The notes under the pieces: generated by a model
The model's database searches: none
What the model was told of the DNA's origin: nothing
What the model saw: only the letters and a program-made list of their open reading frames with translations
Shown here: piece after piece, positions 9,900 to 19,690 of the stretch
Layout: the number at the start of each line of letters is the position of its first letter
Numbering within the stretch: position 1 is the stretch's first letter
Origin: an uncultured Planctomycetota bacterium
Lineage (GTDB): Bacteria; Planctomycetota; Planctomycetia; Isosphaerales; Isosphaeraceae
Direction of reading: 5' to 3'
DNA length: 64,000 bases
Assembly: GCA_963737655.1 (NCBI GenBank)
Contig: CAVTTN010000002.1
Coordinates: 2,368,001-2,432,000 of the forward strand
Made by a program: the position numbers and the translations under genes

Positions 9900-10174
9900 T
9901 CAGCGGTCCAGCTCGATCTGGGTGGCCCGGAACTGGCCCCGGAGGTTCATCCGCCCCACGGCCGCCACCGGGCTCCCGTGGCAGAGGTTCGCGCCTAGGT
10001 CTTCCAGCCAGCCCGAATCCGGGACGAGCGAGGAATCCGCCTCGACGATCAGCAGGTCGCCGGGGCGTCCTCGGGCGCGACCTGGAGGACCAGCCGGCGG
10101 GCGTCCCGGATCGGGCCCGAGGGCTCGACCCAGGAATCGACCAGGAAGCCCCTGACGCTCGTGACCGTATCCAT
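9900..10174 (-). CDS. Small OB-fold/SSB-like hypothetical protein (frameshift ~10063)
   Basis: Manual join across a C-run gives MDTVTSVRGFLVDSWVEPSGPIRDARRLVLQVAPEDAP(G)DLLIVEADSSLVPDSGWLEDLGANLCHGSPVAAVGRMNLRGQFRATQIELDR. GAGG SD before the ATG. Confidence 0.5.
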
Positions 10175-10466
10175 GTCCTCGCCCTCGTCCGCCATCGGCA
10201 ACGTCCCGCCGCCGGCCCCCGGGAGGGCCAATGCATCCATCATGGCAGTCCCGGCGAAAATATCAAGAGGGAATCCGCCGGATCGCGGCAACCCGCGCCC
10301 TCGCGAGGCGTTCCGTCCCGACATTCCGACCCCCGAACCGGCCTCCCTCGGCCGGACGATTCCTCTCTTGCACGCAAAATAGCGACTGTCGGGAGGTTGA
10401 GCAAGCGTTCCGGACCGACCCCCCGGGCCGTTCCCGTCTCGGCGGACGATTCTCCCGAAGGGTCTG

Positions 10467-10540
10467 GGGTGGCACGGGTTCCGTCCCCGGAACCCATGAG
10501 GGTTGCCCCACGGGTTCCGGGGACGGAACCCGTGCCACCC
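10467..10540. repeat. REPIN-like doublet (GGGTGGC-tagged, family C)
   Basis: 32-nt inverted arms GGGTGGCACGGGTTCCGTCCCCGGAACCCRTG with 1 mismatch and a 10-nt spacer. Each arm is a hairpin. Confidence 0.85.
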
Positions 10541-10587
10541 AGTCGGAACGGCGACATCCATCACCCGGGCAGCCGGGTGTAGCTGCC

Positions 10588-10660
10588 GAATCTGGAGTTA
10601 TTTCGGGTGCCGCTGGTTCTCGAACCGGGGGCACCCTAGAAGTTCCAGATTCCAGAGCGA
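10588..10660. repeat. Nested palindromic element (family A, copy 2)
   Basis: GGGTGCCGCTGGTTC-tc-GAACCGGGGGCACCC inside GAATCTGGA/TCCAGATTC. The reverse complement of 10622-10660 closely matches 1363-1400. Confidence 0.75.
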
Positions 10661-10766
10661 TAACCCGGGGAGCCCCCGCCTCGGCCGGACAATTCCTCTC
10701 CCGGGAAAAAATCGCTACAGTCGGGAGCTTGAGCCCGCTTCCTTGCCCGACCCTCGGACGCCCTCG

Positions 10767-13546
10767 ATGCTCGCCGACCCGACCCCTCCGATCCGCCTCC
10801 GGGGCGTCCGCGTCCACAACCTGAAGGGGATCGACCTCGACCTCCCCCGCGACCGCCTCGTCGTCATCACCGGCCTCAGCGGATCGGGCAAGAGCTCCCT
10901 GGCCTTCGACACCCTTTATGCCGAGGGCCAGCGCCGCTACATCGAGACCTTTTCCGCCTACACCCGCCAGTTCCTCGAACGGCTGGACAAGCCCGACGCC
11001 GACCGGATCGACGGCCTCCCCCCGGCCATCGCCGTGGGCCAGAAAGTCGCCCGCCGATCGGCCCGGAGCACCGTCGCCACGGTCACCGAGATCCACGACG
11101 CCCTGGGCCTGCTGTTCGCCCGGGTCGGCGTCGTCCACTGCCGGAATTGCGGCGCCGAGGTCCGGCCGGCCGACCCGGAATCGGTCGTCGCGTACCTCGA
11201 CACCCTCCCGCCAGGGACGCGCTACCAGGTCGCCTTCCCGCTGGACCTCGGCCCCGAATCCGACCTCGCCGCCCTGGCCGACGGCCTCCGCGCCGAGGGA
11301 TTCACGCGCGTTCGCGTGAACGGGCGAATCGAATCGATCGACTCCGGGCCGTTGCCCGCCCCCCAATCGGGCGGGATCGACGTCGTCGTCGATCGCCTGG
11401 TGAGGGGCTCGGAGGCCGAGGGCCGGCGGCGCGACTCGATCGAGACCGCGATCGCCCGAGGGCTCGGCCGCTGTCGAATTTTGACCGACTCGGACGAGCG
11501 CACCTTCACCCGAGGCTGGCGATGCGCCCGCTGCGGGGCCGTCGCCACCCCCCCCGAGCCGCGATTGTTCCGCTTCAACAGCCCCCTGGGCGCCTGCCCG
11601 GCCTGCGAGGGGTTCGGCCGGGTGATCGACCTGGACCTCGCGAAGATCGTCGGCGACCCGAACCGGACGATCCGCGAGGGGGCCATCCTCCCGTGGACCA
11701 CCCCCAAATATCTGACCTGGAATCAGACGTTGATCGACTCGGCCCCATCGCTCGGCGTGCCGCTCGACGTGCCGTTCGCCAGCCTCTCGCCCGAACAGGT
11801 CGCCGCGATCGTCGAGGGCCGGGGCCCGTTCCCCGGCTCCGGGGGTTCTTCCGGACCCTGGAACGCAAGTCGTACAAGATGCATGTTCGGGTTTATTTAA
11901 GCCGATGGCGGGGCTATTCGCCGTGCCCGGCGTGCGGGGGGAAGAGGCTGAGGCCGGAGGCCCTGGCGGTCCAGGTCGGCGGGCGGGACATCGCCGAACT
12001 CTCGGCCCTGGGCGTCTCGGAGGCCCTCCGCGAGCTGGCCGCACTGCCGGCCGATCCCGCCGTCCGCCGCATCCTGGACGGCGTCCTGTCCCGGCTCGGC
12101 TACCTCGAACGGATCGGCCTGGGCTACCTCGAACTCGACCGCCCGGCGCGGACGCTCTCGGGCGGAGAGGCCCGCCGAGTGGCCCTCACGGCGGCCCTGG
12201 GATCGGGCCTCGTCAATACGTTATACGTCCTGGATGAACCCTCGATCGGCCTCCACCCGATCGACGTCGATCGCCTGATCGCCGCGATGTTCCGGCTCCG
12301 CGACTCGGGCAACGCGGTGGTCGTCGTCGAACATGACGAGGCGATCATGAGAGCCGCCGACCGGCTCGTCGAGATCGGCCCCGGGGCCGGCGAGTCGGGC
12401 GGCTCGGTCGTCTTCGAGGGGACGCCCGAGGGCATCGAGGCCGTCGAGGGTTCCCCCACCGGCGACTTCCTCTCCGGCCGCCGCCGGGTGGCGATCCCCG
12501 CGGTCCGCCGCCCGCCGGACAGGGGCCGGATCGAGCTGGTCGGCGCCTCGGGCCATAATCTCAAGGACGTGAACGCGAGCTTTCCTCTGGGCCTGATCTG
12601 CGCGATCTCGGGCGTGAGCGGGTCGGGCAAGAGCACGTTGATCGAGGACACCCTCCACCCGGCCCTCGCCCGGCTGCTCCGCGACGAGCCGTTGCCCGCC
12701 GCCCCGTTCCGCGAGATCCGGGGCGCCGAGGGGCTGGCCGACGTCGTCCTGATGGACCAATCGCCCATCGGCCGATCGGGCCGATCCAATCCCGTCACCT
12801 ATCTGAAGGCGTTCGACGAGATCCGCAAGACGTTCGCCGAGCAGCACGAGGCCAGGGCCCGGAATTACGGCGCCGGGCGGTTCAGCTTCAACGTCGAGGG
12901 GGGCCGGTGCGACCGCTGCGAGGGGGACGGCGAACTCACCATCGACATGCAATTCCTCGCCGACGTGACCATCCGTTGCCCCGAGTGCCACGGCACCCGC
13001 TACCGGCCCGAGACCCTGGAAATCGCCTATCGAGGCAAGAACATCGCCGAGGTCCTCGACCTCACGGCCCGCGAGGCGTTCGGGTTCTTCCGCCACAAGC
13101 CGAAGGTGCAAAGCCGGTTGCGCCCTTTGCTCGACGTCGGCCTCGAATACCTCCGGCTCGGCCAGCCGGCGCCCACGCTCTCCGGGGGCGAGGCCCAGCG
13201 CCTGAAGCTGGCCTCCCGGCTCGACTCCACCCCGGCGGCGATCACCCGGGCCGCCTCGAAGGGCAAGACCCTCTTCCTCCTCGACGAACCGACGACCGGC
13301 CTGCACCCCGCCGACGTCCGAAAGCTCCTGGAATGCCTGAATTCCCTGGCCGACCAGGGCCACTCCGTCCTCCTGGTCGAGCACAACCCCGAAATCCTCG
13401 TCGCCGCCGACTGGCTCGTGGACCTCGGGCCCGGGGCGGGGGCCGAGGGGGGCCGGATCGTCGCCCAGGGGACGCCCGAGGACGTCGCCCAGGGCGATTC
13501 GCCCACCGGCCGGGTCCTGCGGGCCATTTTGAACAAATATTCCTGA
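10767..13546 (+). CDS. uvrA: Excinuclease ABC subunit A (frameshift ~11837)
   Basis: HNLKGID, GLSGSGKSSLAFDTLYAEGQRRY, CxxC zinc modules, LSGGE, second Walker A GVSGSGKS, LDEPTTGLH. One missing C joins the two ORFs. Confidence 0.95.
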
Positions 13547-14056
13547 CAAAGATCCGTCAAGGCCGTCAACGCCCTCGACCCGAAAAAATCATGCCTTGTG
13601 TCTGGATGTCAATCACGTGAATCATCCTGGATGTCCAGGAAGTTGACTACACTTTGCACCGCAAACCGCATGGATCGGCTGGAAAACAAGCCATTTCGCG
13701 CGTGCCACTCGCTCGTGCGCACCGAGACCGATCAAAAGTGAGCAATCATCGAGAAAAATCGTCGAAATCCTTATTCCTTCGAGACTTGTGACGGGCGGTC
13801 CGTTCGCCCGGTCCTCCCCGGAGGGCCGGAAAACGCGCCCGATCGGCCGCGCGTCCGAGGGGCCTCGACGACCCTCCCGGGACGGGACCACGGCGCCTCG
13901 ATCCGACTGCGACGGCCGCCAACCTCGATTTTCGGTGATCGCCGGGGTCGGGCGGGGCGATGATGTCCCTCAAAGGCCCCCCGCGCGGGCCTCTGGTCCC
14001 ATACTTGCTCGACTCCCCAACGTCCGACCGCACCGCGGCTCGTGGAGAATCGTCCG

Positions 14057-14341
14057 ATGTCTCGATCTCAGACGACGTTCGGCATCCTCTGGGAGCACGC
14101 CTCCGCCTCGCCCGGACCGTTCGAGATCGACGAGGTCGCCCCCCGGGTCCAGGAGGCCATCGGGGGCGACGAGAAGTCCGCCTCCCAACGTGTCGCGTCC
14201 CTTCTCGATGAGCTTGCGAGGTTGCCCGAAGGGGAACGGTTCTTCCGGCTCGAAGGCAACGCCGTCGTCCCCCTGCCCGAGTTCGAGGAGGCCCGGTCGA
14301 AAGGGGTCACCGCCCAAATTGCTTATCCCTACGAGGATTAG
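14057..14341 (+). CDS. Small hypothetical protein
   Basis: GGAG SD, ATG and a plausible globular acidic sequence (MSRSQTTFGILWEH...AYPYED). Confidence 0.6.
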   Translation: MSRSQTTFGILWEHASASPGPFEIDEVAPRVQEAIGGDEKSASQRVASLLDELARLPEGERFFRLEGNAVVPLPEFEEARSKGVTAQIAYPYED

Positions 14342-14438
14342 GGCGAAACGCCTCGGCCCGAACAAGGGGTCAAGCCGGGAGTCGCCCCATCGTCGGGCAG
14401 GCCCTGGCCTGCCGGCTTCGCTGTCCGCGTCAGGTCCC

Positions 14439-15308
14439 TCACAACCAGACCTTCAACCGCGATTTCAGGCGATCGGGGAGCCGTCGCTCCACGATCCTCT
14501 GGATGGCGTCGGGCGGGAGCCGGGTGCTGAAGTGCGAGGCGATGATGAGTTCGTTCTCGAACCGATCCGCCCTGGCGATGAAGTCGTCCAGATGCGTATG
14601 ACCATATTTATGGATGCGGTCGGGCCGCTCGTTCGGGGCCACGAAGGTCATCTCCATGATCAGGATCTCGGCCCGATAGACGTCGGGGAAGGCATCGAGG
14701 CCGGCGGGGGCGGTGTCGCCTAGATAGGCAACCTTGGGGATGCGGACCTCGGCGGCGACCTCCACGCCGGAGAGCCTCAAATCGCGGATCTCCTCGCCGG
14801 AAAGCCCGTGGTAGGCGTCCTTGAGCTTCCGGCGACGCTCCCAGACCAGGAATCCGACCGAGGGCAGCGTGTGCTTGGTCGGGAAGATCGAGACGACGAG
14901 TTCCCGGGAGAGCTCGATTTCCTGGCCCGGCTCGATCCCGACGAGCTCGGCGGGCATCCGGCCGCGGTCGAGCCGTTGGAACGCCCTCAGGAGGTTGGCG
15001 ACGGGCTCGACGGCGTCGGCGGGCAGATAGATGGTCGGCGGCTCCATCTTCATCATCCGCCGACGGGCCACGTAGACGGGCAACGCGGCCAGATGGTCCA
15101 GGTGGGCATGGCTGACGAACCACGTGGGGGTGCTCATGAACGACCAGGGCTGACCCCCAAGGTCAAACCCCAGCTTCATTTCGGGAATCCGCCAGTACGT
15201 CTGCACGGCCGCCCGCGAATACCCCTCAACCGTCAGGCCCTTGTGGGTCAGCGACCTCACCGGCGCATTGTCCACGGGATGATCCAGCGACTCGACCGAC
15301 TCTTCCAA
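14439..15308 (-). CDS. MBL-fold metallohydrolase, short-form tRNase Z-like
   Basis: [35 protein letters not shown] and SHFS motifs. The start may be GTG 15275. Confidence 0.85.
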   Translation of the reverse strand: MEESVESLDHPVDNAPVRSLTHKGLTVEGYSRAAVQTYWRIPEMKLGFDLGGQPWSFMSTPTWFVSHAHLDHLAALPVYVARRRMMKMEPPTIYLPADAVEPVANLLRAFQRLDRGRMPAELVGIEPGQEIELSRELVVSIFPTKHTLPSVGFLVWERRRKLKDAYHGLSGEEIRDLRLSGVEVAAEVRIPKVAYLGDTAPAGLDAFPDVYRAEILIMEMTFVAPNERPDRIHKYGHTHLDDFIARADRFENELIIASHFSTRLPPDAIQRIVERRLPDRLKSRLKVWL

Positions 15309-15415
15309 CGCCCACGCCCCTTCCCAACCGGCCTCGCGATCTCCCCGCCATCATAGTCGGACCTCACCACGGACACCAACCGCGAGCCCGCCGTTCTCGA
15401 AACGACGCACGATGT

Positions 15416-15504
15416 GGATCGAAACGCAAATTACGCAGATTACGCAGATTGGATTCTTTGGCTTGTTCTGATCTGCGTGATCTGCGCAATCTGCGTTTCG
15501 ATCC
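15416..15504. repeat. Palindrome built of 9-mer ACGCAGATT units (family D, copy 1)
   Basis: 35-nt arms with 3 units each: GGATCGAAACGCAAATTACGCAGATTACGCAGATT / GATCTGCGTGATCTGCGCAATCTGCGTTTCGATCC. Confidence 0.85.
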
Positions 15505-15524
15505 CATTCGGTTCCCGCAGATCC

Positions 15525-15971
15525 TTAGCGGCGGGCGGGGGCGGCGTGGTGGCCGAGTCCGGGTCCGGAGATGCCGAGGATGAAGAGGACGGCGAGGGCC
15601 GCGCCGGCGAACAGGGCGAACTCCGACCCGTACCAGGCGCACAGGGCGCCCGAGGCCCCCAGGGCGATCATCGCGACGACGAACAGGCGGCGGCCGGGGT
15701 CGGTCCAGGGGCCGGTCGGGGCGAGCCGGGCGAGGCTCAAGGTCAGCAGGCCGACGACCTGGGCGACCACGACCAAAAGCTCCATGTGGTTACGGAACCA
15801 CAGGTTGAGGAGGATCGAGGCGGACCGGCGATCGGCGGTCCCGGCCGCGGCGTCCCCCAGGGCGGCCGGGCTGGAAGCCAGGGCCACGGCGACGGCCCCA
15901 ATCAGGCCGATCGTCAGAGGGGCGGCGCGGCGCGAGGCGCCCCGGCGTCGGGGGAAGGGTCGAATCGTCAA
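15525..15971 (-). CDS. Hypothetical membrane protein
   Basis: C-terminal part of ORF 15525..17225 has a signal-like segment and 3 TM helices. Start inferred at TTG 15971 after GAGGG. Confidence 0.55.
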   Translation of the reverse strand: MTIRPFPRRRGASRRAAPLTIGLIGAVAVALASSPAALGDAAAGTADRRSASILLNLWFRNHMELLVVVAQVVGLLTLSLARLAPTGPWTDPGRRLFVVAMIALGASGALCAWYGSEFALFAGAALAVLFILGISGPGLGHHAAPARR

Positions 15972-16392
15972 AGGGTGTCCCTCTTGGTCGAGCGATGGGG
16001 CCGCGGCCAAACCGGCGGCGGGGACATCCGTTTCCCTCCCATCGCGCGACCGGCAAGCGACGCCCCTTCGAGAGGGATCATCGAGGGCCGGGCGGCCGGG
16101 ATCGTCGTCATTCTGGAGCTGGAGGGAGGGCGGACGTCGGAGCATCTCGAAGGCAGGCAGGCGGGAAGCCGGGCGGATCATCGGCCCGAGTCGGGGCCGC
16201 GGCGAGGCCAGCCCCTCTCGTTCTCTTCCCCGCCCGGGGTGACCCACTTTGACGAACTCCCCGCGCCGACGCAACCCGAAAAGTCGAGGGGTCTCGGCTC
16301 CCCTCGGCCCGACGATCCGGCTATCTTCGAAGGCCCGACCGGATCGGGCCGGCGTCTCGGCCCCCGGACGGGTTCCGATGCGGAGCCCTGGG

Positions 16393-17501
16393 ATGAGGCG
16401 GACCGTCGTCTTCGGCCCGGCGTATGTCGATCGCGTGATCCGCGTCGATCGCCCGTTGCTCGAATCCGGGCGGCTGGATGGCAGCATGGATGGCCGGGCC
16501 CTGGGAGACGGCGGGACGCTGGTCCTGGTCGATTGGGCCGGCAACAAGTTGGCGATCGACCGGCCGGGCGGGTGTTTCGACGACCCATCCGGCACGATTC
16601 TCCTCCTGGGCCTCCTGGGAGGCGCCCGATGACCGGGGCTCGGACCGTTGAGGCGGTCGAGGAGGCAATCGACCTCGGCGGGATGGGGGCTGGGTTCGCC
16701 TCGGCCCTGGACGGCGAGCTGGTCTCGGCCGTGGGAACTGGGGAAAATGGGGGCAGTGAGCCGGATCGTCTCGGCCGGGTCATCCTCGAACGGCTGGCAA
16801 GGCTCGGGGTGAAGGGCCGCCCGGTCATCGTCCCGGGGAAGGCGACTGACTGGACCCTGATCGTTTCGAGCGGTCCGTTCGGCGACAAGCTCGCCGTAGG
16901 GTTCCGGGGCTGTCACGCGGCCGTCGAGCGGTTCCCGGCCGAGGCTTTGGCCGATCGATGCGACCTCTGTGTCGTGGCCGGGTGGCCCAACCGTTTGCTG
17001 GATCAGGCGTTGCGACACGTCGAGGCGCCCGTGAAGTTCCTCGCGCCCGCGCTCCGAAACATGAAGGACGAAGAAATGCCCCTGGACCGGCTCGCCGGCC
17101 GGTTCCATATCCTGAGCTGCAACCGGGGGGAATGGGCAAGCCTGAGAAATCCGGAAACGGTGCTCCGCGAGACGCCCCTGGTGGCCATCACCGACGGCCC
17201 GGACGGCGCGACCATTCATTTCCACCGATCACCTTCAAACCCCGCATCTCTCGCCATCCCCGTCTTTCCCCGAGATCGCCCCCCTCGCGACACCAACCGG
17301 GCGGGCGAGGCGTTCGCCTCGGCCCTGGTGACGACCTTGCTCGACCGGGGATGGACGCCGGGGCCGACCGACCCGGCTTTGGTCCAAGCGGCGGCGCTCC
17401 GGGCGTCGGCCTCCGCGGCGTTAGTCCTGGACCGCGAAGACTTTGGGTTCCCGACGACCGAGGAAATCGACGAGGCCCTGAAGGTCGGTCGGGTGCTCTG
17501 A
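16393..17501 (+). CDS. PfkB/ribokinase family carbohydrate kinase (frameshift ~16626)
   Basis: N-terminal VVFGPAYVD, then LGGMGAG, CNRGEW, ITDGPDGA and the C-terminal signature variant DTNRAGEAFASAL. Confidence 0.75.
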
Positions 17502-17615
17502 CGGCCACAGGACGGTTTTCCTATCCCGGCCGCCGCCCCGTTCCCCGGCCCGCCCGACCCGCTACAATGGGCCGATCCGCTCCGCGATCGAGGGCGGGGC
17601 AGGGGAGGAGCCACG

Positions 17616-18281
17616 ATGAGGGGATTGCCGAAGGCGATGGCCGGGATCGGGCTGGCCGGCGTGGTCGTCGGGGCCGCCGGGCTGGTCCTCCGCGCCCAGG
17701 ACGAGGAACCGAGGCGCCCAGCTTCCGCCGAGCCGGCCCGAGCCGTCGGCCGGGGGCGGATCGACCTGGAAGAGGCGATGCTCCGGCCCTTCACCTGGCC
17801 GTTCGCCAAGGAAACGACACTCGATGAGGCGGTCCACCATCTGAAAACGACGCTCGGAGCGGCCGTGGTGCTCGACCTGGCCGCGCTGAAGCGGCGAGAC
17901 CTCACGCCCGAGGTCACGGTCCGGCTGGAACTCGACGGCGTGAGGCTCAAGACGGGCCTGAAGCTCCTGCTCGATCAGGTCGGGCTGACGTGGAAGATCG
18001 TTCCGGAAGACAACTTACTGATCTTGACCGACGCCGAGGGGGCCGACGACCCCTCGAACAAGATCCTCGCCGAGCTTCGCACCCTCCATCGCGAAATCCA
18101 CGAACTTCGCGACTTCGTGGACGAGCTCGCCCAGGAACTCGCCCCGATCGAGGAGCCGGGAGGGGCCGTGATCCGCAAGCCGACGATCATCGAGGAGATG
18201 CCGGGCGAAAAAGCCAAGGAAAACCCGAAGTCCCGGCCGCCCGAGGACGACCCGGCCGCTCGATCGAGGCCCGGATCGTGA
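17616..18281 (+). CDS. Exported hypothetical protein with STN/secretin-N-like domain and coiled coil
   Basis: Signal/TM N-terminus, then TTLDEAV...VVLD...VRLKTGLKLLLDQVGLTWKI...LILT pattern. TACAAT -10 upstream. Confidence 0.65.
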   Translation: MRGLPKAMAGIGLAGVVVGAAGLVLRAQDEEPRRPASAEPARAVGRGRIDLEEAMLRPFTWPFAKETTLDEAVHHLKTTLGAAVVLDLAALKRRDLTPEVTVRLELDGVRLKTGLKLLLDQVGLTWKIVPEDNLLILTDAEGADDPSNKILAELRTLHREIHELRDFVDELAQELAPIEEPGGAVIRKPTIIEEMPGEKAKENPKSRPPEDDPAARSRPGS

Positions 18282-19492
18282 CCGGACCCCTCGCCGCCGT
18301 GGTCGCGGCGATCGGGCAGGCCGCGGCCCGACGGCCGACGGTCCCCAAGGGGAACCCCGGCCTCGGCGGCTGGCTGACCGACTCGCGAAACGCCGTTTTG
18401 GTCGTCGTCGCCGCGGCCCTGGTGATCGGAGGAGGCCGGAAATGGCTCCAGGCGGTCCGGGCCCGCAAGCTCGTCGATCGCCTGGACCACCCAGAACCCC
18501 CTCTCGACGCCATCGCCGAGGCTCCCCGCCACCGGCGGGCCGCCGTGATCAGCCTGTTCCGCCTTCTGGGGACCTCCCCATCGGCCGAGGTCCGCCGGGC
18601 CGCCGGCCAGGCCCTGGCGGTGCTCTGGAAGGCCGATGAACTGATCGTCGAGGAGGAAAAGGCGATCGTCAGCCGGGGGTTCGTGGTCGATTGGGACGCC
18701 CGCCGCCGTTACCCTCGCGCCCTGACTCGCCCGATCCCCCTGGTTGTCCGATTTGGCCTGCCTTTCCTGGTCGAAAATCCCGAAGCCGTCGGCCCAACCG
18801 ACCTGGAATGGTCGTGGCGGGTCCTCGGGACGGAGAGGATGTCTCTGGAGACGTTCTCGGAATGGGCCCCGGGGCCGCCCCGGGCCGAGTTCGAACTCCT
18901 GCCCGGCGACTGGCGGACCAACGGCCCGCATCGGCTGGTGCTCCACGCCCGGGTCCGCACCCGAGGGTTGACGTCGCCGTGGGAGATGGATTTGCCGCAA
19001 GTGCCGTTCTCGTTTGAATTTGATCCGATCCTCGCGCTCGACTCTCTCTTCGCCGCGCCGGACGACTCGCGGGCCCCCGAGTTCGACCGGGCGGTTCGGC
19101 TCGAACCCCCGGCGAAGAAAGACGATCGGTCGATCTTCCGCCCGCTCAACGCCTCGCTGGCGATCCGCGACCCGGCCGACCTGGTCATCCGTCCGCCGTT
19201 GCCGAATGACCTGGCCCACCGGGCCGAGATCGAGGTCGAGGGGATCGAAGCTCGGCTCCCGGCCGGAGACGTCGTGACCATCGCGCGAGGAGGCGAGGCC
19301 GATCCGCCGTTAACCTTCCCCCTGCTTGCCGAGATCGCCCCGTTTGACGCCCTGGACGGCCCCGGAGACCTCATGATCCGCGTCCGCCTGATCCCCGACG
19401 CCGAGCTCGGCTGGTCGGCCCCGGGCGTCCGCTCGCTCTGGCCGGGAGAGATCGTCACGAACTGGTGCCCGGCCCGGGTCGTCCGGATCTGA
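18278..19492 (+). CDS. Membrane-anchored hypothetical protein with HEAT-like segment
   Basis: GTG overlapping the upstream stop (GTGA), a TM helix and EVRRAAGQAL. Confidence 0.65.
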   Translation: MTGPLAAVVAAIGQAAARRPTVPKGNPGLGGWLTDSRNAVLVVVAAALVIGGGRKWLQAVRARKLVDRLDHPEPPLDAIAEAPRHRRAAVISLFRLLGTSPSAEVRRAAGQALAVLWKADELIVEEEKAIVSRGFVVDWDARRRYPRALTRPIPLVVRFGLPFLVENPEAVGPTDLEWSWRVLGTERMSLETFSEWAPGPPRAEFELLPGDWRTNGPHRLVLHARVRTRGLTSPWEMDLPQVPFSFEFDPILALDSLFAAPDDSRAPEFDRAVRLEPPAKKDDRSIFRPLNASLAIRDPADLVIRPPLPNDLAHRAEIEVEGIEARLPAGDVVTIARGGEADPPLTFPLLAEIAPFDALDGPGDLMIRVRLIPDAELGWSAPGVRSLWPGEIVTNWCPARVVRI

Positions 19493-19565
19493 CCGCCCGA
19501 AAAAAATGGTGTCAGATCAATTTTCGATGTTCGAAATTTGATCTGACACCATGTTTTCGGGCGGT
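19492..19565. repeat. AT-rich palindrome with TGTCAGATCAATTTTCG core (family E, copy 1)
   Basis: About 35-nt near-perfect inverted arms directly after a stop codon. Core shared with 61687-61777. Confidence 0.85.
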
Positions 19566-19690
19566 ATCCTTGAAATCGCTCCGACGCGAGTCTATCTTCG
19601 GTCCTGCCGTCTCCGACGGATGGCGACGAGCGATCGGGGATTGGCCGGGCTTCGAAGCCGGGCGTCGCATCGAGACAAGAGGGCCGGAAC

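Larger units (their letters stand above)
10346..10734 (+). repeat. Imperfect ~56-bp direct repeat (10346-10402, 10679-10734) upstream of uvrA
   Basis: CCTCGGCCGGACRATTCCTCTC...AAAAT.GC.AC.GTCGGGAG.TTGAGC occurs in both copies. The second copy has a TACAGT -10-like box at 10716-10721. Confidence 0.7.
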
